Shown here one piece after another: positions 56,842-64,000 of a stretch of 64,000 bases of DNA. Origin of the DNA: a virus; the IMG/VR virus record IMGVR_UViG_3300049489_000283, positions 1 to 64,000 of that record, one strand, 5' to 3'. The notes below the pieces were generated by a model that saw only the letters and a program-made list of their open reading frames with translations, was not told where the DNA came from and made no database searches. The first letter of the stretch is position 1. The number at the start of each line of letters is the position of its first letter. Both the position numbers and the translations under genes were made by a program.

Positions 56842-57027
56842 CTAAAGCGAAATTCCTTCCGCTTTGAGCATCCGACGCAACAGACCTTCCAAGATCTTGG
56901 CCTTGTAATCCATCTGGGACACGATCCGGTATCCGGTCGGTCGCAGGCGGTTGGCTCGTTCCTTGAGTTCGGCGACTTCCCTGGCCAGCTTGATCACTCG
57001 TTCAGACGCTTCAGGTGCTTTGGACAT
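56842..57027 (-). CDS. Hypothetical protein
   Basis: TGGGAG RBS after the motif. Confidence 0.6.
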   Translation of the reverse strand: MSKAPEASERVIKLAREVAELKERANRLRPTGYRIVSQMDYKAKILEGLLRRMLKAEGISL

Positions 57028-57095
57028 CAGAGACTCCCATTTTTGCTTGAGGATTGCTGGGAGGAGCTTTGCGTGCTCCTCCCCACAATTAAACA

Positions 57096-57122
57096 GGCTC
57101 AGTCCCGGCGGAAACCGGGCGC
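57096..57122 (-). promoter_or_regulatory. Conserved bipartite promoter-like motif
   Basis: GCGCCCGG-N14-GAGCC. Confidence 0.7.
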
Positions 57123-57150
57123 GCAATCCGAAAGTTTTTTTCGGACTGCG

Positions 57151-57597
57151 TTACTTTGCCGAATCGAACCCGACGTATCGGGCGTAGCTGTATCCCTGTG
57201 GATCGACGTACAGGGTCGATTTCCCTACGCACTGGACAGCGATGACCAGCGAGTAAGACCCAGACTTCCAGGCTGCTTTCTCGACATCGGAGAGGTCGAA
57301 GTAGCTCTTGTCGCCAACGTCATAGGTCGAGTCGGTGCCACCCTTGCCAGAGAGCCACGGCTGGTCGTCCAGCAGGTTGTTAGCGAATTCGTCATACAGC
57401 TTGGCGTCCAGTTCCACCACTTCGGTCACTCTGACGCGACTGACGTGGTAGTTGTCTGGATTGGCCAACTGGGACTCGTAGTCACCGATGAAGTCCTGTT
57501 TGTTGAGCCGAGGAAACCGAACCCCATCGACGAAGACGGGGAACTGTAGGACGACCGGCTTGACCTTGTTTAGCTTGCTCAGTTTATTCACTTTCAT
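57151..57597 (-). CDS. DUF6329-like protein
   Basis: FANNLLDDQPWL.GKGG...VDPQGYSYARYVG. Confidence 0.7.
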   Translation of the reverse strand: MKVNKLSKLNKVKPVVLQFPVFVDGVRFPRLNKQDFIGDYESQLANPDNYHVSRVRVTEVVELDAKLYDEFANNLLDDQPWLSGKGGTDSTYDVGDKSYFDLSDVEKAAWKSGSYSLVIAVQCVGKSTLYVDPQGYSYARYVGFDSAK

Positions 57598-57629
57598 CTC
57601 CCGAGTTTGACTGCTTGCTTGCCCCTCTA

Positions 57630-58388
57630 TTACTCTGGCCCGATCTCTGGCGATTCAGGGCGCGCTGTTTTCTGTGATTTCTTGATGCGGCGACGGTGCC
57701 GCGTGTGCCACTTGCGTTGGAATCGCTGTCCAACTGTAAGTCTCGCTGGTGCCCAATGCTCGTCCCCTGGCGAGCAGTCTTCGTCAATACACCAATCGCC
57801 TTCCTTCACCACTTCGCCATCGTTCAGGTCTCTCCAAGACTCACCGAGCAAGTTTCTGGGGCTCGGACTGCGAGTCTCGGCCTCGATGCGGATGCGATAC
57901 TCACACGCAATCGCATCATTCAGGCTGATCTTTTCGCCTACTAAATCTCCCTGGCCAGCACTCCACGAGATCCTGTTTCTGTGGCGGTATTCATATCCAT
58001 CGGGTCGTCTGTCTCCGGCTTCAAGGAGTCTCCATTCCGCGCCCACGTCGTCCTGGTCGCTGCTCTCGCCCTCAGCAGAAAATGAAATCACGGACGCTTC
58101 CACTGCCTGACGCAGATCCCACTTGCGAGCGGCTACGAGGCATCGCCTGCTATCGCACTGTTCGCAATCGCAGTTCTTTCCATACGGATGCAGGCTGCTG
58201 TACTGCCGTTCTTCCATCCGCTCAATACTCGCCAGCAAGCTCGTGTCCTTCGAAGTAGGTGCGGTGTATGGAATCCAAGGGAGTCCACCCGTCTTATCCC
58301 ACTCCACCGTAGCCACCTCTTCATTCCAGCCAACAATCACCAAAGGACCGTCTGCCGCTGTTGGCGACCTTTCAGTTATCCAGTTCAC
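57630..58388 (-). CDS. Modular hypothetical protein, paralog of 11507-12586
   Basis: DTSLLASIERME, AARKWD, DDVGAEWRLLEAGD, WRDLNDGEVVKEGD. Confidence 0.7.
   Translation of the reverse strand: MNWITERSPTAADGPLVIVGWNEEVATVEWDKTGGLPWIPYTAPTSKDTSLLASIERMEERQYSSLHPYGKNCDCEQCDSRRCLVAARKWDLRQAVEASVISFSAEGESSDQDDVGAEWRLLEAGDRRPDGYEYRHRNRISWSAGQGDLVGEKISLNDAIACEYRIRIEAETRSPSPRNLLGESWRDLNDGEVVKEGDWCIDEDCSPGDEHWAPARLTVGQRFQRKWHTRHRRRIKKSQKTARPESPEIGPE
57637..57663 (-). promoter_or_regulatory. Conserved bipartite promoter-like motif
   Basis: GCGCCCTG-N14-GGGCC. Confidence 0.75.
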
Positions 58389-58600
58389 GTTTCACCTCGC
58401 TTCAATCTGTCAACTTCATCGAACAACATCTCAATCGCTGCTTCAGCTTGCGGTATGGTGAATACCAGCATGTGAAGTTTCTGCTTGGAGAACGGTGCCG
58501 TCACTTCGTCATAGCACTCCTGTGGGGCGCCGATCCAAACCTTGTTGTCGCCAGTGGAGCCAGCTTTCAGGGTGACTTGGCGTATGTTTTTCGCTTTCAT
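58385..58600 (-). CDS. Hypothetical protein
   Basis: Coupled ORF. Confidence 0.55.
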   Translation of the reverse strand: MKAKNIRQVTLKAGSTGDNKVWIGAPQECYDEVTAPFSKQKLHMLVFTIPQAEAAIEMLFDEVDRLKRGET

Positions 58601-58827
58601 TTCAGTCCCTCAAGTCGCTTGTTTGCCCATGCAACTGGGCAGTCTTTGTGGTGTGGAACATCGTGCGGCCACGTCAATTGGCGGCCCTGCTTCCATTTCA
58701 TTGCCACCGACTCGTGGCACACTGGACAGTAGATCCGTCCAGGTCCGTTCGGGTCGTGTTCGTCGATCATGTAGGTTTCTGCCAGCATTTTCAGAACGGC
58801 AGTTGGAATTGGTGGGTTGATGATCAT
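58597..58827 (-). CDS. Small Cys/His protein
   Basis: YCPVC...HHKDCPV. Confidence 0.6.
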   Translation of the reverse strand: MIINPPIPTAVLKMLAETYMIDEHDPNGPGRIYCPVCHESVAMKWKQGRQLTWPHDVPHHKDCPVAWANKRLEGLK

Positions 58828-59141
58828 GGTTTTCCAATCGCCTTTTCGATTGCGGATCTCGCTCGCTTGACGGTTTCATCAGTCAGGTAAATCAGGGTTC
58901 CTTCTCGGCGACAAGCATTGGCCGACGAGAGCAGGCTATTGAGCGCCGAAAGCAGTTCCGGCGCGGCGGCAATCAAGTTGGCGTTCGATAGACCGCACGG
59001 GCTATCTATTCCACCGAACACATTGCAGATCCTTCGCGGAGGATTCTCGGTCGTCATGACATCGTCGGTCGAGTAGTCGCCATTATCTCTTGGCTTGCTG
59101 ACAGCCCATGGACCTGGGGTGAATTGTGATTTGCTTGTCAT
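58824..59141 (-). CDS. Conserved small phage protein
   Basis: FTPGPW...NANLIAAAPELL.AL...ARSAIEKA. Confidence 0.75.
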   Translation of the reverse strand: MTSKSQFTPGPWAVSKPRDNGDYSTDDVMTTENPPRRICNVFGGIDSPCGLSNANLIAAAPELLSALNSLLSSANACRREGTLIYLTDETVKRARSAIEKAIGKP

Positions 59142-59296
59142 TTCTTCCTCGCTGGAGCTTCGTGGAACGAAGTGGAATCGACGACGACTTCAATGATCGC
59201 TTCGATCAGCTTTGCCGCGCCTTCTGGATCGCCTTCCTTGATCGACTGTTCAGCGCCAATCGCCAGCGCCCAGATGACGAGTTCTTTCTTGTTCAC
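59138..59296 (-). CDS. 52-aa hypothetical protein (not in ORF track)
   Basis: AAGGAG RBS, GTG start, ATGA overlap with the next gene. Confidence 0.5.
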   Translation of the reverse strand: MNKKELVIWALAIGAEQSIKEGDPEGAAKLIEAIIEVVVDSTSFHEAPARKK

Positions 59297-59491
59297 GCTT
59301 TTTGGCTCCTTGGGTTGTGGTGGTTGGTATATTCGCGCTGGCTTTTGGTTTTGGAGTGCCAGTCAACTCCACCCCTGGGGATGCAGGCCCGTCACTGGGG
59401 GCCGTGCTGATCTGCTGGATTTTCCATTGTTCTATCCTCCTCTGCTCTTTGCTTTTGGGCCGACCGGAGCTGCATCATCCAGTCGGGCGTG

Positions 59492-59989
59492 TTATTGATG
59501 CACTTTGCTGCTGCGGATCGCTGAGTAGGCGACCCGGTTCTCTTTCTCGATGTAGGCGTGAACGATCTCTTGGTTGAGAGCGTAGTGGACCGTCTCAAGC
59601 AGGTACTCCAGCGTTGAGCTTTGGACAAACTCGCTGGCGTCGTACTCTTCGCCGGTCTCTTCGTCGAACCTCGTGTGAGTCGCCTCGTCCGTGAGTTCGG
59701 AATCGATGTCGAATCCTTGGAACGTCGGGGTGATCGTCAGCTTCCAGGTTGACCAGCCATCATAGAAGCCGTTGTCGTCCATGTGGTGATACGGAACGAC
59801 CAGCACGATCTTGTGCTCGGTGGACTCTTCGAGATCGATCGTGATCCCTTGGTCGATTCCAGATCCAGAAGGAAGGATCGCCTCAAGGTCGTGGATCGAT
59901 GCGGCTGAAGCCCAATCGCCATTCTGGAGATCGCGTCGAACTGACTCCGAGATCGCCTGAATCATCTTGACGTTTCGTGAACGTGACAT
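59492..59989 (-). CDS. Conserved phage early-type protein
   Basis: LPSGSGID.G..ID...YHHMDDNGFYDGW. Confidence 0.7.
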   Translation of the reverse strand: MSRSRNVKMIQAISESVRRDLQNGDWASAASIHDLEAILPSGSGIDQGITIDLEESTEHKIVLVVPYHHMDDNGFYDGWSTWKLTITPTFQGFDIDSELTDEATHTRFDEETGEEYDASEFVQSSTLEYLLETVHYALNQEIVHAYIEKENRVAYSAIRSSKVHQ

Positions 59990-60102
59990 AGCTGTTTCTC
60001 CCATTGATTGTTGCGTGAATCAAAAGCGGGGGCTGGCTGTTGCGTAGACAGCCCCCGCGCTCCCGAAGCGATGGTTGCGTCATCGCTCTCCCGTACCTTG
60101 TT

Positions 60103-60261
60103 CTACTTGCCTTCCCTCAGATCCTTCGTCATCTCCATCGCGCAGTCGCCGTGGTAGATCCTCAAGATCGGGTCCGGCTTCATCGGATGCTTGAACGATC
60201 CACCGCAGTGCGGACACGTATGGTCATAAAGCACCTCGACCGGCTTGCTGTTCTTGTTCAT
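60103..60261 (-). CDS. Small zinc-ribbon-like protein
   Basis: CPHCG...HGDC; AACGGGA RBS. Confidence 0.55.
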   Translation of the reverse strand: MNKNSKPVEVLYDHTCPHCGGSFKHPMKPDPILRIYHGDCAMEMTKDLREGK

Positions 60262-60318
60262 CAGAGATCCCGTTTCATGCTGTCTTTCGTAAGGGCTTGC
60301 TTCCCTCACACTAGACTA

Positions 60319-60345
60319 GGCTCAGTTGGTCGCCGTTCAGGGCGC
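60319..60345 (-). promoter_or_regulatory. Conserved bipartite promoter-like motif
   Basis: GCGCCCTG-N14-GAGCC. Confidence 0.75.
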
Positions 60346-60450
60346 GCCATTTTCAGAAAAACCTCTTCGGTAGTTTGGGCAGGTTGATTCCCGTGGTTCC
60401 AGTGGGACAATGCGGCCACTTCATTACTCGTGACGAAAGGAGTCAACCCG

Positions 60451-60726
60451 ATGAAGTCGTTTGCTTTGGTTTGCGTGATCCTGTTCTCGATGCTGTTCGC
60501 CAGTGACGCCAGCGCCCAGTGCGCCAACGGGGTCTGTGGTCCAGTGTTCCCCGTGGCTAACCGGGTCGTGAACGGCGTCCGCTACACAGTCTCGCCAGCT
60601 TTTCGCCAGCAGTTCTACTCGGCGCCGCGATTCTATGCAGCGCCTGTCTATCGTCGTCCCGTCTTCTACGCCCCCAGGGTCGTATTCTTCGGCGGACGAA
60701 ACTGCGCTAACGGTCAGTGCCGCTAG
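60451..60726 (+). CDS. Small secreted Cys-flanked peptide inserted against the direction of the array
   Basis: AAGGAG RBS, signal peptide ending ASA-Q, CANGVC...CANGQCR. Confidence 0.7.
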   Translation: MKSFALVCVILFSMLFASDASAQCANGVCGPVFPVANRVVNGVRYTVSPAFRQQFYSAPRFYAAPVYRRPVFYAPRVVFFGGRNCANGQCR

Positions 60727-61079
60727 TCGCCTGACATCAGCTTGGCGATCGAGAGCTTGGGGCACTCGAACACTTGGACCTGGAGGCTCTCCAGGTCGTG
60801 CGGTCGGCAGTCGTTTCCGACGTAATTGATCGCACCCTCGTCATAATCGTCCGCTTCCTCATCGCTCAACGCGAACCGCTCCAGCTTCCCGTGGTCGGCT
60901 GCGATGTCTAGGGCTTCTTGCAGTGATTCCGCGAACACGACAGCCAGTGCAAAGCCGTGGTCGTGGAACAAGAAGCCGCGAACGTGGTGAGGGTTGTAGT
61001 CCCCGGCGAAGATGCAGTCTTCATGGTTGAGGACATCGTCGTCACTGAACTGGATCTCAGAAATCTTGGCTGTTGCCAT
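60723..61079 (-). CDS. Hypothetical acidic early protein
   Basis: VVFAESLQEALD.A.D...VGND; AACGGGAG RBS. Confidence 0.65.
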   Translation of the reverse strand: MATAKISEIQFSDDDVLNHEDCIFAGDYNPHHVRGFLFHDHGFALAVVFAESLQEALDIAADHGKLERFALSDEEADDYDEGAINYVGNDCRPHDLESLQVQVFECPKLSIAKLMSGD

Positions 61080-61139
61080 GGTGAACTCCCGTTTTGATGA
61101 AGAAAGGTTTGGGGCTTGCGGACCCCGGTCACTAACACT

Positions 61140-61166
61140 GGCCCAGATCGCCGCCGATCAGGGCGC
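61140..61166 (-). promoter_or_regulatory. Conserved bipartite promoter-like motif
   Basis: GCGCCCTG-N14-GGGCC. Confidence 0.75.
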
Positions 61167-62517
61167 TGGATCTTCGTGGTCCTCGTATTCTCGGATCACT
61201 TTCTCTTCCCATGGCGATGATTCGCCAGCGCATCTCGGTGCGACATGCGGAAGCTCGTTCTCTGGCTTCGGGTCGCAGTCCTCGCAGAGCGATCGCATCT
61301 TGATGTAGGTGGCCCAGGTCACTCGCATCGGAGCATCGCAGTTCACGCAGTAGTCGCGGTAATACTTTGATCCTGGGATCTGTTTGCCTCGTCGTTCCAT
61401 AGTCTCCTCTCGGTATTTGGTTCAGATGATGTAATGGACGCGGACCAGCTCGTAGTCGTCGTGCTCGATCTCTGCGGCGTCCTCATTGCTGAAGACCAGC
61501 CGCTCGTTTTTCTTGTCCCACCCGAACGCGGTGTCACGATCGACGCCGATCTTTGCGTTGTTCATGTACGCCAGGAGGCACTTGGCTTCCTGTGCGAATC
61601 GATCGTTGGCTCGGATGTGGGAGTAGATGTTGCAAGACTCGACGTTCTGGGTTCGAGTCTCACATCCTTCTTCGTGAATGATCGTGATCACTGCTGTGAA
61701 ACCTCTCTTTGCATGGCCATGAATTGCGCTTGGTCGCACGAATACAGATCGACGTACCAAGACGGGTTATTGTTTCCGTCCATTCGGCAATTCAGCTCGG
61801 TCCAGTAAGCGTCGTCGCCGGTGTTCAGTACCTCAGCCAGCGCTGCCTCAAATCCGTCGCAAAAGGCAAATGCAGCCTCGTGCTGACTTCCGTTGAATTT
61901 CTTGATTGTCTTCTTGAAGTGGTTCATTGTTTGCTCCTCTAGCTGAGCGGGATGGATAGGGAAGGAGAGTCTGTGTATAGCCCGACCTTGCGGGCGAGGC
62001 TTTCGGCTGATCGTTCCAGGTTGGCCAGTTGGAGCGGGTGAAGGCAATCCGCCCTACAGCCAGCCAAGTAGGTCGATCCTTCGACTGCGTCTTCAAGGAC
62101 GAGGTCGGTGAGGATCGGATACTCACGACGCGCCGTGTCGTACTGTTCTGCAATCAGCAGCTTGCACACTTCCTCGATCTCAAATAACGGGAAGTGATCA
62201 ATAACGTCCGCGATCGCGTCCGGAACTTCGAGCCGGTGGTGGAGGATCTTCTTCTCGGTGGGGGTCAGTTTCAGTGTCATGGCTTGTTGCTCTGCTGGTG
62301 ATTAGGTGGATGCTTTGACGAACGCGGCGACCGCGTCGTCACGGGATTCGAATCCTTCGATCGGCTCTCGGTCGTTGTTGAAGATGATGAACCACTTTCC
62401 GCTGACGATGGCCGAGTCAATGATTCCGCCTTCGCCTTGAGGATTGCAGATCAAACCGCCTGGGATGCACTCGGACCAGCCTTCGATGACTGAATTGAGG
62501 GTTTCGATTGCTGACAT
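61158..62517 (-). other. Run of small ORFs (61158-61400 with CxxC x2, 61422-61760, 61688-61927, 61939-62280, 62302-62517)
   Basis: Co-oriented ORFs, most with an RBS, downstream of the 62574-62600 motif. Confidence 0.6.
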
Positions 62518-62573
62518 CTGTGTTCCTTTGAATGACTGGTGGGTGACGGAGAACATCTCCCTCTGTAACTACT

Positions 62574-62600
62574 GGCCCATTCCCGGACGGTTCAGGGCGC
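62574..62600 (-). promoter_or_regulatory. Conserved bipartite promoter-like motif
   Basis: GCGCCCTG-N14-GGGCC. Confidence 0.75.
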
Positions 62601-62616
62601 GCTATCCAGAAAAATC

Positions 62617-63199
62617 TCAGAACCAATCCGGTTCGCAGGTGCCGGACTTGGCTAGCTCGGAGCGTGTCAGGCCGCTGTATGGCCCTCGCTTTCGATCGTG
62701 TGGCTCCGAGCGGCGCAGGCTGGCCAGACGTGCCAGCGCTCGCCCGAGGATGCTGTGGACCCGGTCGTCGTCATCCCAGAGCCTGGGGTCGCGGCGGAGG
62801 CGGCGGACAAGTCGCTCGTATTCTTTGATTCGATTCATGGCTGGGTTATCGCTTGGTGGTTGGGTTGGTGGGTTTGGTGGGGTTGTTTGTTCCCGCTGGC
62901 GATTCGGTCTCGTGTGTCGCAGCGGTCCCACGGGTCTTGATGTTGAAGTAAATCGATGGCTTGTCGATCGAGATCTCCCGACCGATCGGAGTGAAGTCGA
63001 TCTACTCAACCTCCTTGATCGACCATTCGCGGCGATCTGGCTTGAGGGCTCCGAAGCGTTGCCGGACGAACTTTGTCCAGGCGCTGTCCGCGCTTTTGGC
63101 CCAGTATCGATACCCATCGACATCGATGATCGGCCAATTGGTTTTGATCTCGAACAGCTTGAGCCCGAGCGACTTGGGTGATGATGGCTTGGCGGTCAT
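62617..63199 (-). other. Two small ORFs (62617-62838, 63002-63199)
   Basis: A/C-rich leaders; AACGGGAG before 63199. Confidence 0.55.
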
Positions 63200-63267
63200 G
63201 AAAGAACTCCCGTTGTTGGTTGGACGTGACAGGAAAGCCGTTGCGTGGCTCTCCTCCCATAAGACTA

Positions 63268-63294
63268 GGCACAGTTCCCGGAAATCCAGGGCGC
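63268..63294 (-). promoter_or_regulatory. Conserved bipartite promoter-like motif
   Basis: GCGCCCTG-N14-GTGCC. Confidence 0.7.
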
Positions 63295-63437
63295 TGGATC
63301 TCAGGAGAACTCTTTGACGGCCTTCCTGGTGGCCGCTGAGCGAGTTTTGGCTCGCTTGGTCCGGCTATCCGAGTGGACGCCGGAGCCGGATCGGTGATTG
63401 CTGTGCCCGGTAGCCGGGCGTTTCCGGTCTAGTACGA

Positions 63438-63483
63438 TCGTGAAAGATCGTGATTGATCGTGACGTTTCGTGATTGATCGTGA
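63438..63483. repeat. Five TCGTGA hexamers at an exact 10-bp period
   Basis: Copies start at 63438, 63448, 63458, 63468 and 63478. Confidence 0.8.
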
Positions 63484-63501
63484 CATGGTTGATTCCTTGG
63501 G

Positions 63502-63729
63502 TTAGCCGATGCTACCGAGAAGGTAGCCTCGAAGTAGGTACTTGCATCGCCCGGACTTGGCTTCTCCGAGATTCCTGGGGGCGATGAATACAGTGCATCC
63601 GTCGCGATACGAGTGTTCGAAATCCCCATCGGTCTCGGCGGCGAATCGCAATTCTCGCTTCAGAACATCAAGGGTGGAACCTTCCAGGATCGCACCGAAA
63701 TAGAACTCAGACTTTGCTTTTGCTGACAT
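63502..63729 (-). CDS. Hypothetical early protein
   Basis: AACGGGAG RBS after the motif. Confidence 0.6.
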   Translation of the reverse strand: MSAKAKSEFYFGAILEGSTLDVLKRELRFAAETDGDFEHSYRDGCTVFIAPRNLGEAKSGRCKYLLRGYLLGSIG

Positions 63730-63768
63730 CGTTGACTCCCGTTGATTTGCTTGCCCCACAACTAACTA

Positions 63769-63834
63769 GGCTCGATCTGGTCGGAAAGAGGGCGCGCAAA
63801 ATTTTCTGCGCCCCGTCTCAGCCGTTATTGAGCC
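63769..63834. promoter_or_regulatory. Back-to-back divergent pair of the bipartite motif
   Basis: Minus strand GCGCCCTC-N14-GAGCC (63769-63795). Plus strand GCGCCCCG-N14-GAGCC (63808-63834). Confidence 0.7.
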
Positions 63835-63894
63835 TGGACTATTGAGGCGGTCAGTATGGCCGTCGTCATGCAACGCCTATCGGGAGATACTCCA

Positions 63895-64000
63895 ATGTCC
63901 AAGTTCACGACCGACGTTTACATCCTTCCATCGCACTGGTCTACATACCTCCTCAACGGAGATGGATCGGGACTTACCGATGCTGAAATCGAAGAGGTCG
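63895..64000 (+). CDS. 5' part of a conserved small phage protein (truncated by window end)
   Basis: CGGGAG RBS; YILPSHW..YLLNGDGSGL.D.E. Confidence 0.6.
   Translation, partial: MSKFTTDVYILPSHWSTYLLNGDGSGLTDAEIEEV

Noticed and set aside
62852-62892. G-quadruplex in a GT-rich tract
   Set aside because: The G-runs are irregular. The tract is better explained as the C/A-rich unstructured leader of the minus-strand gene starting at 62838.
1-64000. Genome-wide UGA recoding
   Set aside because: Many genes end in TGA with ATGA coupling, and long genes are open in the standard code. Only one in-frame TGA case was seen.
1-64000. Prophage boundaries, integrase or att sites
   Set aside because: No recombinase or host housekeeping genes in the window, so lifestyle cannot be determined.

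Overview
The window is part of a tailed dsDNA phage genome (HK97-fold capsid, non-contractile tail, no sheath gene seen). The host is most likely a Planctomycete, judged from an LEPR-XLL-type RTX protein, an SHD1 protein, a planctomycete-style RimI and CsrA. Layout: (i) 1-1.2 kb, the 3' end of a large gene ending in HAD-phosphatase and Acb1-like 2H-phosphodiesterase domains. (ii) 1.2-15.7 kb, plus-strand accessory/early genes: CsrA, DUF932, a DGQHR protein, an RTX protein, a DUF4406-dNMP kinase fusion, three non-canonical tRNA-like elements and many small ORFs. (iii) 15.7-54.8 kb, morphogenesis: MuF, prohead protease/scaffold, capsid, connectors, tail tube, chaperone with a -1 frameshift, tape measure and tail tip/fibre genes. 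(iv) 54.8-64 kb, a minus-strand array of small early-type genes. The most striking element is a 2466-aa polyvalent protein built from eight modules (4 clear and 2 probable ADP-ribosyltransferase folds, a GNAT, one unknown). Seven modules begin with a near-identical peptide CGANAPGGGGFQPGNxCA, and each internal copy follows a K-S/K-A motif resembling HK97-type protease sites. I infer a capsid-packaged, protease-processed effector polyprotein with a repeated targeting tag. A second strong signal is a bipartite motif GCGCCCTG-N14-G(A/G)GCC found 14-15 times in front of genes, usually followed by a hairpin (often with a GCAA loop) and a (C/T)GGGAG ribosome-binding site. No terminase, integrase, replication or lysis genes were recognised. 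All domain calls come from motif recognition by eye, not from database searches.
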